Shown here piece by piece: positions 27,101 to 40,597 of a stretch of DNA of 64,000 bases. Each line of letters opens with the position of its first letter. The stretch's first letter is position 1. Under the pieces are notes generated by a model that was not told the origin of the DNA, searched no databases, and worked only from the letters and a program-made list of their open reading frames with translations. The position numbers and the translations under genes were made by a program. The stretch lies in contig JAAILG010000206.1 in assembly GCA_012026655.1 (NCBI GenBank), positions 62,001-126,000 on the forward strand, given 5' to 3'. This DNA is from Hydrolagus affinis. Lineage: Eukaryota.

Positions 27101-28159
27101 TCTGAGCAATAAAGACAAGTAAGACAGGCACCAGGTGCATTTACTATTTTAGTAACCAGTTGGAATGGATAAAACGGTTGCACACACTCTTAACCCAAAC
27201 CAAACCAAGAATTTCAGACCAGGGTTTTTTTTTTTGCAATGAAACTTTGTAAAGATTATGGTGAAATGTCCAGATTGTGCGATTTAAAAAAAAAGAAAAA
27301 CACCAATATTAGGATCAAATGCCTTGTGTAGCATTTAACAGTGAAACAGATGGGACCAGAACAATTGCCCTCAGGCACAGAGCTAAGGATTTTAAATTGC
27401 TCTTAAAACAAAAGTAGGATACCAGAAATGTCATGTTGATCACACCAAGGGTGAAATGTCAGAAACTGTAAAGTGAAGCACTAGGTGAAGTTACAATCTA
27501 AAGTAAAATTTAAGCTTGTCCATATCAAGAACATGTGTACAATTAAGGAGAGTTAATAAACAAAATACGGATTTTACGATGATTTGAACAACTAAAATAA
27601 CTTTTAAAAGTGCTGTATAAAAGTGGGAATGGACAGCGCTCTGAGGATTCTCATTTCATTCTGGTGAACGAATTACCAGCATTCTCAGAATAACATTGTA
27701 AAATATAGTTTATGCCATGTAGCACAAATAGTTGTTCCATGTATTGTGGCCAATCTACTAGACCAATCCAGTACCACAAGAAAATGCATTTCACAAATGC
27801 TTCCAAGTCTCATGTGCATAAAGAAGTGAAACGAGCGTTTTTATGGCATGTTAGCTTCAGCTCAGAGTTCAGCAGAATTTGTGAAGCTTGACTCATGGGT
27901 TATTTAACTAAATTTCCATAAAAGCACTTTTGCTGTCACACATTACCTGGCAGTAAACTTGCACATCCTATGCAGTGCACAGAACCTGCAAACAACTGCT
28001 CCTTTGTCTAGAATACGTTTATATCATTCAATTGTAAGATATTGTATAAAATTAAAGCAATACTCCAAAGGCACTATTGTGATTCAGTTGGGCAGGGCAA
28101 ACAATTTGAACATCAATTTGATGTGAGTCATGTAAAGAATAAATGTCAGGTATTGTGGA

Positions 28160-28390
28160 ATCCTACAGCTCAGTGGTGAGAGCACTTGCCTCACAAGCAA
28201 GACCTGGGTTCGATTCCAGGCTGGACAAAACCTTGGGCAAGTTACCTTACACCAGATGTCTGATAATAATCCTCTCACGAAAAAAAATCACTGAAAAATT
28301 GGTCACTCAATCCACAACTGTTTGTGGAACACAGATGTGCACAATTGGCTGCCGTGTTTCGCCCACAAATAAAGTCAATTTACAATACAG
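28160..28390 (+). mobile_element. tRNA-derived Deu-type SINE, 3'-truncated
   Basis: A box (agctcagtgg), B box (ggttcgattcc), ccttgggcaagtt and gtgcacaattggctgccgtgtttc. Confidence 0.8.
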
Positions 28391-29214
28391 AGAAGAAGAC
28401 AAGCTGTGCTTTCACTATTCTTCCCTTAAGAAAGCTTACAGTTTGGGGTCAGAATTCTGCTCTGCAAAATGACTACCAGGAACATTTTCAGTAAACGTTG
28501 ATTTATTTTGATGGGACTTCATCATTCAAAATATTCGCAATGATAGTAACTGCGGTTTTGGCCACTTCAACCTCCTCCCCCACTCAGTTGCTGAGCTCAA
28601 CCTCCATGTTAACCATGTGAAGCACTTTGCAGTATACCCCTGACGCGCTATATCAATTGCAAAATGTAATTGTAATAGTTCAATTATATCAAAATGATTC
28701 CAATTGGCAGAGAAACTATTTTACGAATGGTGATTACTAATACAACTCTTGCTGTCTTCAAATAAATTCGTACAATATGTTTGACCAGAAATCAACAATT
28801 TCAAGGCAATGCCAATTTTCACATCACAAGAATTAGGTTTCACTGATAATAACGTAATATACAGTATTACATAACAATACATGGATGAATAGAAATAATA
28901 ATTTTTGCCTTGCAGTGTACAATTCATTCAAACCTATTGCTTAATTTTACAATTTTGTATGAAGTAATTTCAAGCTTTTGTATATTTTTTTCAGTTTGTT
29001 TACTTTCATTTCTCTCGTGGGTTTAGCAATAATATCTGAGGAAGACAGTGTTCAATGGTGACGTCTCACATTTAATTCACATATGGCCTAGACAATCAAA
29101 GCAGATAATGATTTAATGGCCAAGGACTGACTGCTTGAATACTTCAAAGATTGCCTACATATGGAACCGGGATCGGTTAGTGACACAGATTAATTGCCTG
29201 GAAGTCAAACATAC

Positions 29215-29268
29215 CTTTGGGCCAGGGAAACCTGGCAATCCTGGATTCCCATGTCGTCCTGACATCCC
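29215..29268 (-). CDS. col24a1: col24a1 exon 5 (GMSGRHGNPGLPGFPGPK)
   Basis: 54 nt, acceptor tttctctag|, donor |gtatgt. Confidence 0.95.
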
Positions 29269-31403
29269 CTAGAGAAATGAGAACAGAGAGTTTTCACTGA
29301 GTAGCAGCATTGCATCATTATCTTTCTCCAGCATGACCACATTAACTAATAATATCACCAACCCATAGAAACTTTGGATCTCGGTCTACCTCAAATGTAA
29401 ATCTGACAGTAACTCGGCTCTTCAGGCTGTGTTTGCTAATTGAACATCTCCTACAGTATTGTACAAGACAGAAACATCTGTACACCATGCATCCTATTTG
29501 CTCAAAACAGCAGAATAGTTTGGGGGAGGTACGTAACAGAAATCTGCAGAGAGAACAATGTCAGGTTAACTTAAAATGATTGACAATCCCATGGGTTCAT
29601 TTTAATGATTTCATCATTTGATTATTTATACACTCAGCTACTCTGGTGGTTTTTTGGTAAAGCTATTGCCCTGCTTGGAGCTGAGACAAACAGTTTCTAC
29701 ACCACTCTGTGATGAGTTAGCCGATTTCAGCTCGGGCAGTAAGTAGGAACTTCACAAAACGGTCTGGATATTGCTGGATTTGGGAGTAGCAGTTGAACTC
29801 TGACCTTGACTTGACCCGCTGCTGTTGTGTTGTCCGAGAGTGGTGTCAATGCAAACAGCTGATGGAACCCAAGAACTATGCAAGTGAAAAGCATGGGGTC
29901 CTTATAATTGGTAATGAATGCTGACATTCTGGGACATCGCACACGTGTACGATAGCAGTGAGTATTAATCAGATGACCTTTGGGGGGGTGTGGGTGGAAA
30001 AAATGTTCCAAGTCCATTAAAGGTGCCCGGCCATTCATTTGTACAAGCCTTGAGTGTTGCCTTACAGAACTCCTCAGTTACTATGAACTGTCTCCGCCCA
30101 TAGAAATAGCCTGGAGTGACCTTTGAATGTATAAAATGTACTGGCTAGTACTTCTGCTGTTTGTTTCCAAAACAATCCGAATCATTGTCCAGTTGACATT
30201 TAAGGCGAGCTTGGAGTATTCCCGACGAACCCTAGTGACATTAAAAAAAAACCACAGTCACAAGCTAGAGTGGCTTAACTCTTTGAGGTTCTGAGTTTTC
30301 TCCCCCAGCTTTCCAGACATGCAGGTGTCATAAATGTACAGGCCAACAACAGAATCTAAAATTAAGGTTTTTTTTAATTAAAGAATCCGGAAATATGTCG
30401 TGCTGATTTGTGAACACCTCAAGCCTGGCTCAACATCACATCAGGAGAGGCTGTGAGATCCAGAATTGTTTTTTTTTAAATAAATGTTGGGAGGTGTTTC
30501 CTCTGGCAGTGAAATCCCAGTTAATATTACCGCTTTCCTGAGGAGTGATTTTCAACCCCTATAACTGGGCTAGACTAACTACTTAAACATCTGTCAGCAA
30601 TGGATTAAGTACTATTTTTCTCTGTTGGGTGCCCATTATAAAGGTCGAACCCGAGAAATCGTTGCAATATTTCGACAGGAACCTTGGAAATGTAGCATTA
30701 GGAGTCCACATAAAGAGATGTGTAATGGAATTTATTTGATTTTTCAAAAAGTCTGGGGGACAATTAAATTGCCTTAAGCACTTTTATCTTTTCAAAATAT
30801 AATACCACAAAACAAGTATTGTATTTTAAGTGATTAACTTGTTCCTAAAAATTCCACCCTTTCAAACAAAGCTTAGGAATATATCGATGCCCATTGTTTA
30901 TTTGCCAATTAAACTCTTGAGGGTAAATGAAGCAAAATGTACATTGAAATTGGGAAGCACGAAAACTATAGCCAGGCATTAGGATTAAAAGATCTGCCAA
31001 AATCTAATGAACTGGTGGAAATGGCTCAATGGGCTTAATGGTCTCATCCAGCTCTTGTTTTCCTGTGTTGCTTGGCTAGCAGCTTCATTTGCAATATTTT
31101 TCCAAAGCACAGATGATCATCTATTATCATATGTATTGTATAAAGATTTAGAATATTCTCAGAGTTTCTAATACAAAACGCATTCTTTGTACACTAAGTG
31201 CACATAAAAAGCTGCACAAGCTCCTACCCAACACCCAAGAATAGCATTTTATCCTTTTCTGGTGAAAGCTTTGAGCTATAAAGGTAGAGAAAGCTGAACG
31301 TTTGGTCTATAGAATGATCAATGCCAACTCAAATGTCTTTGAGTAGCTCTCTTTCGATTTGGAGTCTTAGCAATGCTTTCTTATAAACCCCTTAGCAATA
31401 CTT

Positions 31404-31863
31404 GAAACATTAAACTGAGGTCCCACCTGCCTCTTCAGGTGGATGTCAAACAACCCATGGCACTGTTCAAAAAGAAAAGGGGAGTTCACCTGGTGAACTG
31501 GGTTCAATTCCAGGCAGGGTGAAACCTTGGGCAAGTTTCCTTACTCTACATACTTAATAATAACATTCCCTCAAAAAAAGCAATAATAACAAATCGGTGA
31601 TACCAATCCATAACTGTTTGTGGGACATTGCTGTGTGCAATTGACTAATGTTTTGCCCACATATGTACAGTCAATTAATTTTACAATATATTCTGTGAAG
31701 CGCTTTGAGACATCTAGAAGACTTGAAAAGCACTATATCAAATGCAAGGGTTATTATTATTGTTATATAGCCAATCCACTGTACCATAAATCTTGTGAAC
31801 TGCTTTGAGGCATCTCAATTATGTGATAAAGCGCTATTTCGAAAGCAAAGATTATTATTATAA
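31404..31863 (+). mobile_element. Nested SINEs: a tRNA-Deu SINE (about 31497-31762) within an older Deu-SINE
   Basis: A Deu 5' segment (gaggtccc...caggtggatgt...cccatggcact...ggggagtt) is followed by a B-box-starting SINE with its tail, then a second tail at 31768-31863. Confidence 0.7.
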
Positions 31864-31869
31864 CTACCT

Positions 31870-32620
31870 CTTATTCTTAGGCGCTCAGCTACCAATATCA
31901 CCGCACTCTGTAATGCGCTTGACTCACATTTTATACTCAGAACTCAAAGCTGCACAAAGATGTACTTGCAAAAGTTGGTCAATCGTGACTTGGTGGATGG
32001 AAAGTCTAAGAATGAGATTCATTGCTTTGAAAATCACATTGGAGATGCTCAGAAAGGCAACAAAGACACGTTTGTGGGATTCAGAGCCAAAATGGAAACA
32101 GGAAACTTCCAAGGTGCTTCTAATGCATGCAACAATTTCTTCAAACAAGTGAAACAATTTTACATTGAAGGACTTGCTACATGTGAAAAAAAAAGTTGCC
32201 TCTATAGAATGAAATACAAAGGGGTATTGCATTTCTTGGCCCATCAAAGCACTTGCAAAGTTAGTTCAGCCAACTTGCAGTTACTTTGGAATAGTTCACC
32301 ATTGATCAGCAAGATTATGTGAACAGGGAGCTTGTTGTTGACTCGTGCATTAACATCAGTCACTTGATGGGGTCTGATAAATTTGGAGTTGGAGTATCCT
32401 GAGTGAAAGACCAATTGACTGTATACTCTTGGTTTCCATCACCAAGGGCAAAGGCTAAAGTGCTTACTCATGCTTCATATTGTTACTGGTTCTGCAACTC
32501 TTCAGACAAATTACAATTGAGCAAATGCCCCCAAATCAAAGGGAAGATGGGCCCAAAGTACGTACTCGGAAAAATATTGTTTGAAATATCTTCTGTGGTT
32601 GATTTGCTGCCAACTTGAAA
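31870..32620 (+). mobile_element. Possible decayed DNA transposase (hAT-like) fragment
   Basis: The 120-aa ORF 31960..32322 contains TFVGFRAK...FFKQVKQFYIE...GVLHFL, reminiscent of hAT transposase C-terminal halves. Recognised from memory only; limits approximate. Confidence 0.3.
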
Positions 32621-33579
32621 TCATTAAAAAAAGTTATAAACTTATGTCCCTGCCAAAAATTTACGTAAAGAAGGCTACATACAAACAAATGATAGCCAGA
32701 GAGAAAATAAGCTTGCTGAGTAACAGACTATTTTAAACCCAAACAAATGGTTGTACTGTATCATCAGAGTTGCACTTCTTTACACATGTTTTGGGATGAT
32801 TAGTTTAACAGTGATAAAGTATATTTCCTGACTGATGAAGATTTTAAAAAAATTAATCAAGGCAATGATATTTTTAGAATCATTTTCTTAAGCATCAATT
32901 TGATTTAAATAATCTTCTGTACTATTCACTAAAGAAAAAAAGCCACATTGTTTCAAAACGATGCAATTTGAACCAGTTTGGAGAATGGCCAAGGTGAACA
33001 AAGCCAAGCGTTCACTGAAAAATGGTTTATTTGCAGGTCAAATATCGCTGAAAATAACCCAAAATTGGCTGCAAAGCAGTGGAGCGTCATTCTCACAGAA
33101 TCTGTGCAGCTAGGAGGCAGGATCCTATTTTAAAGAAATATAATTCTCAACAATTTTATATTTTTAATGTTGCCAGTTCCTCAAGAACAATATTACAGAA
33201 TGATTTCACGTATGAAATAATCAATGTGTTTCAGCATTTCAGACCGAGCTAGTCAACTATGAGCACCGTGTAAAATTTCCCTGCCAATTCCCTCTCTGGA
33301 AAAAATGAAACTCAACAGGTTTGAATAGCATCCTCTTGATAGGTATCCTGGTGTCCATCCACTCAGCTGACTAAAGATACAGCACTGGACTTCTGGCTAC
33401 AGTAATAGTCGACTTCAACTTGTAACAAGTTCAAATGAGGGGTTCGGGTAAAGAGAGTTCTTTTGGTCTATTGCATGACTTTCCAGAACGCTAACGCTAT
33501 CATTTTCCAATTACTGCAACAATCCTCTTCTTAATCAAATCTAGATGTTTAGTGAAGAGGCATTGAATCAAATATTTAT

Positions 33580-34440
33580 TTCAGAAGACTTGAATTCAAA
33601 TGAGTTCAATTGTTACTGCAGCTCATTGTTTTCCTGTGCACCTCTTTCAGGGCCTGGGTGACCCTATTACAGTATGTCGGAATACAGAAAGGTAAAATAC
33701 TGTCTGAGGATTTGGCAATGTTACTCAGGTTTCTATTTATTATATTTGTTGCTGCCTCACACTGTTTGGCAAAGATGAGGAAAATGTCAACTAACAGTGC
33801 TCGGTCTGTTTTAAATTCCCCTTCGGCAAACTCAATCCCAGCTGTGGAGTACATATTCCTCCTATCTTTACTACCAAAATGCAATACCTAGCATTTATCC
33901 ATAAGGAACGTAATTTACCAGTGGTTAGCCCACATGTAAAACCTATCAATCTCTCTTTGTTAGATCTTTGTCGATTTCTTCCATTCCAAGTACAGTAGCT
34001 TGGGGGCGCCTGTACATTTAATTACCATAGACATTTCCAACAGAGGAGGCAATTTAGCCCATTGAGACTGTCTGTCCATTTAGCTTGTATCCTTTCCACA
34101 TACCTTATGACATGTTTCCTTTTCAGTTGTTTGTCTACATCCATCCTAAAAGCTAACATCCAAACAGCCATCGGTATATAAAAAATCTCCCAGCCTTCTC
34201 CCTTGCACAAACTCTTCAAATCCAAGTCAGTTTGTGTACAAGGAAAAAAAAACATCACAGCAGGAACACTTCACTCCACTGTGACCTAACTCCATGTATA
34301 TCCACACTAAAATGCCATTCCTTTAAATGATGATTTATCCATGTCCTAACCTTGAGACTCTTTCAAAGGAATCTGTTGCGTGATATTTTGTTAAAAGCCT
34401 TTTGGAAGTCTACGCATATCAGGTTGTGTGGTTTGCCACC
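33580..34440 (-). mobile_element. Decayed CR1 LINE fragment
   Basis: Minus-strand translations include ICVDFQKAFNKI (compare YLDFQKAFDKV) and KC*VLHFG...RALLVD (compare KCKVMHFG...RDLGVLVD). Confidence 0.65.
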
Positions 34441-34876
34441 ATTAATTCAGGAGACCATTTGATAAGCAATTTATGGCAGCTGATATTACACCCATTGTGA
34501 GCAGTCTGCAGTATCTGAGAAATTCCGCCCAAATGACTGTCAAGTTGAACTTCTTTACGTAAAACACAAAATAAATGTGTTTAACAGCAACCAAGATCAT
34601 CCTCGTGCTAGAATTAGCCATGCCAAGTGTCAATGGGTGGTTCTTCAACCAATAAGTCATTGTTCTTGGAAAGTGCTTATATAAGTATGAACTTCACTCA
34701 ACTTTTATGTCATAGAAAGGGTACAAGGGTTACAGATTCTACTACTTCAATGTACAAGAAATTGTAGTGTAAAGATTGCAACAGTCTTTACTGTACAGAT
34801 TCCAATAGAATAGTCGGTGGAGTGAATACGGTGCATAGACTGTAAGATTGGCATTATATGCTGCCTTTGTACTTAC

Positions 34877-34930
34877 CCTTGGGCCTCTTCTTCCAGTGGG
34901 ACCAGGTAGACCAGGTGGGCCTGGAGGTCC
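34877..34930 (-). CDS. col24a1: col24a1 exon 4 (GPPGPPGLPGPTGRRGPR)
   Basis: 54-nt Gly-X-Y exon, acceptor cccctacaag|, donor |gtaagt. Confidence 0.95.
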
Positions 34931-37900
34931 CTTGTAGGGGAGAAAAAAAAATTAATTAGATAAAAGTTACCTACTGATAATAAACAAAGTCCCATTTTAT
35001 AAAATTCAAATGAAGTATAAGGAGCTCAATGACAAACTTACAAACAAACAAGACCAGAAATTGAATGTACATTTCTCAAATGCATATCCACAGATGTAAC
35101 AAAACTTTTTTTGCGATACTTTATCGTGGGTGTAAGCTTTCGTAAGGTGCAATCAATATCTGGGTGTAATTACAAAATCATAATCTAATCAAAGACACCA
35201 TATATCGTGTGAGTGTTGAAGCTCAAATGGTTACAGTTGCAGACTGTTTTAATGTGATGTGAACTTTGTTCTGGTTTGAATCAGATATGTTCTTGTCACT
35301 TTCTGCTTGGTCGTTGATATCCATTAACATTCAGTACCACACATTCAGGCAGACATCATAATCTGCGGTTGATCACTGTGCAGTTATTTGGCCAATATAT
35401 TTTATTAATCGATAAAACATGTTATGGAGCTTTTTAAAACGTGAAGTCATATCTCTCAATTGCTACTGTTTCAGCAAAGCTATAAATAACTCTTTGTTAT
35501 CGCTCTTTCTATGAAACATGGTGTTAATTTATGGTCATCTCTCCGTGTCATTAAACATTTGTATGTTTACTTAGTTATGGTATTACAGCTTTATCAAGCC
35601 ATTGTAAACCAATTTATGGCATCCACTTAAAATGGAGCCAAGCGCCATAAATTCCAGATAAGAATGCTGATCCGGAACAGAGGAGTGGAACCAATTAAAA
35701 TAGGCGGAAAAAATAAACCTCATGGCAAAATGTAGAAATCAAATTGACACACATGGATGCACTAATATCAGTTTTGCTACCAACCATTTTGGAAGGTGGT
35801 AACCAATCAGGTAAAATTAAACATTCATAGCCACGATACTATCATCATCTGAGCATGTGGCATCATAGCCCAACTGCAGAAGAAATGGGAACAAATGGCT
35901 CCCTTCAGTGCTACAATGTTCTGTTTATTATGTAACTTGTGGGATCACTTCATCACTTCAAATTTGGATGATAAACTAACTGGATTTGACGCCCAGTGAC
36001 TGCCCACAATATTATCATTGCCCACCCTGCCAGGAGAGATTTGTATCTAGTTCAAGCAGCTGCTAAATTCATCAAAACTGTTTCTCGATCTGTAGAAGCA
36101 GCAAACAGCCGAATCTGACTGTGGTGCATTAGCTGCAGATATCTGTGTCTCTTCCATCAACTTTATGTGACATTTAACCCTCGAGGACTCTTTGAAAGGT
36201 CTTGAAAGCAAATCAGAGGTGAAAGAAAAATTATAAACAAAAAAAGAAAATAACCAAGTAATGTTTCCAATATGTCTCTGGTAACCTATGATTAGGGGAT
36301 CCCGGAAATGACATAAAAACAAACTTACGAGCACAAAAAAATTTATCCCATTGTATTTATGTCACAATTCAAACTTGTTTTGAAGCGCTGTATATACACA
36401 TATTATATATATTTATATACACACACACATGCATACAACTTCAACCTTGATACTGTATATCAAGGATCCATGGGTTAAGAGACTAGAAACTGCTTTGGCA
36501 AAATATTAAAGACTGAGAGTACACAAACAAGCAGGAACTCAAGTCAAAAGTTTCGATGAGATTCTAAATCGCTGAACTAAAAATATCAACATTTTAAAAT
36601 TAACTCGGAGCCTGAATTTGACAACTGTTTAACAGAAATCCATGAGAAAACACTGCCTTCCTCTGTGTGGGTCATTTTCAAAGTAATCAGAATGACTATA
36701 TGTAGCATGCCTAGCAATATAATGCCCCATTAACCTCCCAGCTTAGCCATCTATGGCAGCCCAGTCTTCAGCGGCAATGTTGCAAAGTAAACAAGACAGC
36801 CCTTCCTAAAGAGGCATTTTTTTTACTGCTGTTTCTGAAGTAGCAAAGTGATAAATATAATCGTGGCTGACTAAATAATCACCAGTCATACCTTCTTGCT
36901 ACCTGTGGGTTTGGGAAGCTCCTACAAAATAGCAATGTGGTACATTTTACAGCAGCTGGCTTGTATAAACTCTCCTCAGCTATATGAAGGCCCAGCACCA
37001 GAAATAAGTTGTGAATTAAGCCTTTGAAACAACACAGCGTGCACAAGCTTGCGCATGCAGTTATTTCCTTGCAGCTCTGGAGCCATGGAATTTGCCTACA
37101 ATAATAGATGAGGTAGATTACTCAACAACACTGGGGGAAAACCTAAGACTATATTATTGTATATGAAGTAGCCTTGAATCTGCTCCTATTGCGCAAGTGC
37201 GCCAATCATTTTTCATTTCAGGAACACTAACTGCAGGGCTCACATGTGACAAAGTGTTTACGTGGGATGAAACTGCGATAAGTATTCCATGATTCTTTCT
37301 TGCAGTATTTACTTTTTTTTTAATTGTGTTTTGCACACCAAAATTAAGCTACATTCCTTGGTGAAGTTACAAAATAGTCCCAATCCACAAGAGGTCAATA
37401 TCACTATTTGTTTCTCGTCATTTTTGTGCTTAATCCAGCTCTCTACTATCCTTTGTACAATCACATAATTGAAATGTAATTGAACATTCATCCTGTCCAA
37501 ATTTAACTGTAATTTTCCCATTGTTCAAACAGTCAACCAGCTTCCAAGTTGTCCCTGCTGCAGGTAAAACTATGCAATCAGGAATCCAACTATTCTATGG
37601 AACTGTGGATCTGAAAATGCTACAGTTCTGTGAAAGAGTCAAGCGCTGTGTCGCACTCATGCATTTTGTTAAAATTCTACTGTGCACTTCCATAGTGATG
37701 TAAACGTGCACTGATTCTGCCAAGATCTATAAACGTCTCTGGGAAATGAGTGCTGAAATGCACAATAATTATTTTCCCTGTGAATCAGTCCCAGCATGGT
37801 GTGCAATAAAGAGAGTCAGAAAATAATTCAGAAAATAATGGCTGTTAGTTTCTCAGTTCATTCTGAATATTACTTTGCACTTTTGACACAGTCAGAGATG

Positions 37901-39182
37901 AGTAACTGTTGATGTACAAGATCACTAAACTGGTTACAGTATCCGGCACCAGACAGCAGCCAAACAGCAGTGCCAAAAAAAGATTTTCAGATAGCAGTTG
38001 GATTAGAACCAACACCTTATAAAATATATGTATCGGTTGATTGCGATTGTATTACTCCAATTATCAAACGTTGATATTTTCTATGATCATACTTCACATG
38101 TGATGACTTCTGCTTTGATTATGCAATTGTATGACATTCTTCAAAAATGTCACAAACACACTCTACTTGCATAAACCAATTCTCGAACAGATTCTTGGGC
38201 CAAAAAGATTCACTCAATACTATTTATGAAGTGAAGCAGGGACATTGCAGAGTTACATTTTGTGTTCCAAACACAATTTATGTTTGTTTCAGCAAGCATT
38301 TGATTTATTCCCCACCTCACTTGGGGCAGGGATCCATCCCACTCAGCTGCTGTTAACCTTGAAAGCCAAAGCCCTAAGTGGATAGGGTGGTCCCACCTGG
38401 ACAAGCAATGGGAAACTTGCCAAAAGTTGCCTTCAATGTTGAGCAAAGCGGATTTGTGTCAAAACAACCACTGACAAAAAAAAATTCCCAATCGAGATCC
38501 TGAATAGACATCTCAACCTCTTATGTAAAACTATATTCTAGGACAGCAGTTCTTCTCAGTTGTTCCAGGCAAATAATAGGGAGAGAACTTAATGATTTAA
38601 TCAAAGACTGAAGAGACAGAAGCAGAATAAACTGGAAAAAAAATCGAGCAATTTACACTCACATTTCAATTAAAACACTCCAAGTAAATAAATGAAATAT
38701 ATTGTTTCAATCCCAGTGGTTCAGATATTACCTAACAAAATTAACTGGCACGGTTTTGTTCCAAGTGAGCAGCAATGACATTTACAACCACATACTGTTA
38801 AGACATCTGGCTTGTCTACCATACTCCTCCTTGAACAAACTTAAATATCAGTATCCAAAGGCAGAAACACTTTGAACGCTTTGGCAGAAGACAGAAATCC
38901 ACTTCCAGTAAAAGCACTGTAGAATTTACAGAAACTTTAATCCTTTTTATATTGCTGTCGATAGCTCTTATGTTCCTGCCATGCATATCTTTTGGCATTT
39001 TAACAATTGGCTTAAATAATATGAATTAATTCCAATTCTAATGTTTCACTAGCAAGTAGCACAAGATGCAGTGCGAAAGTTTGCCAAAACTAACTAAATT
39101 TGTGTGTACTCCTGTTGAATGCTTCCTTGCTGTAGTAGCTTAACACATGCATTTTTAAGTCATTTATATTTAAAAGACTTAC

Positions 39183-40597
39183 TTCTGGTCCTGGCTCCCC
39201 TTTCGACCCTTTCAAACCTTCGTAATCATAAAGGTCATCATATTCATAGTCATAGCTTTCAATATCGATGTCGTAAGGCTTTTCCATGGTGTGTTCTGTA
39301 TACTCATTAGAGTGAATGTTTTCATCCCATAAATCAAATTGATTATTTGATGAGCTTCCCTGCGACGACCTATACAAGGTGGCATTTATCATCTGTATTT
39401 CCATGAACTCATCTGCTTTTTGTTCGATAACTCCGGACCGGTTTGTTTTGTTGAGACTTTCTGTTATCTTACTTTGTTTCACAGGTGAAGTTAGAGGAGG
39501 TAACTCTCTAACCGCTGACAGCAATGTGCCTCCTCTGTCGCCTTCGGTAGCGTTGTCGGATTGATTTTCGTTTGTTTTCTGCTCTACGGATGATTCCTCT
39601 GCATTCCCAGGATTAAAGCTGACGTATGGCTGCCCAGTCACAGCCTCCACAACCTGAGTTTCAATGTCAGTGTTCAAGGTCTGATGTAACTGCATGGGAT
39701 CAGCGATGTTAGGAGTTGGCGACGTTGTAGTCACAGCCGATGTAAAAGAAACACTTGGTTCGGGAGAGCTTCTAACTGCATTTGGCTCTGTGCTGCTTGT
39801 CAACGATTGATTTAAATACATGGTAGCATCCTGAACCCTTTGCTGTTCTTCATAAAGTGAGATTAATGATGAGCTGGTTGGTTGTGTTCCTTCACTGAAT
39901 GGAGAGGACATTAACTGAGATCTGGTGTCTTTATAAGAAGGTGGCGGAGTAGTTAATGAAGGTGGCTGAGATCGATATGTGTCCGCCCGACGACATTGTT
40001 TCTTCACATAATTACAATAGTTTGTAGAAGCTTGAGCGTTAGGATAAATATCTAGCTGGCAAATGACACCTTCGAACGGAGCTGATTTGAAGTTCATTCT
40101 TCCTAAAACGAGTTTGCTATTTGAAACAAATTTCTGTGGCTTCTGAAGGAGCTCTTTACTGAAATGTTTTTTACCGCAGTCAGCAAAAAAGGAAGCAGTT
40201 TTACCTTTAATTTCAATGGCAAATGAATGCCACTGTCCATCGTGAGCATTGTAATCAAAATATACAGATGGCTTTTCTGCAACATATACGACTAACTTTC
40301 TTGGTAAAATCTGTACACCAAACTGTAGTCTGTTTTTATTTCTAATACTAAAAAGAAAGGCATTATTAACTCTATGAGAGCGGAGGCTAGCTATTATTGT
40401 GAATTCACTTCCAATATCTAGTGGTATGACGATTGCTGCTTCTGTCTCAATGTGGGCTTCGCTTGACAGCATGATGCCCGACTCTGTCATCAGGACCCCC
40501 TGAGGTAATGAAAGTGATGGCCATGTTTGCGTAGGCGATGAGGATGGGTTCTGTCCTTTGTTTTCTGTGAAACCAAGTTTCTGGAGAATGTCTATAC
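39183..40597 (-). CDS. col24a1: col24a1 exon 3: TSPN/laminin-G-like N-propeptide domain, Ser/Thr/Pro-rich and acidic Tyr-rich variable region, start of Gly-X-Y
   Basis: Acceptor ttttttgttccag|GT ATA GAC (GIDILQKLG); 1415 nt open; ends GLKGSKGEPGPE|gtaagt. Overlaps the 466-aa track ORF 39090..40490. Confidence 0.97.

Noticed and set aside
39090-40490. 466-aa track ORF as a standalone single-exon gene
   Set aside because: It is col24a1 exon 3. The true limits are 40597-39183, and the tail VSLLNIND... is intron read-through.
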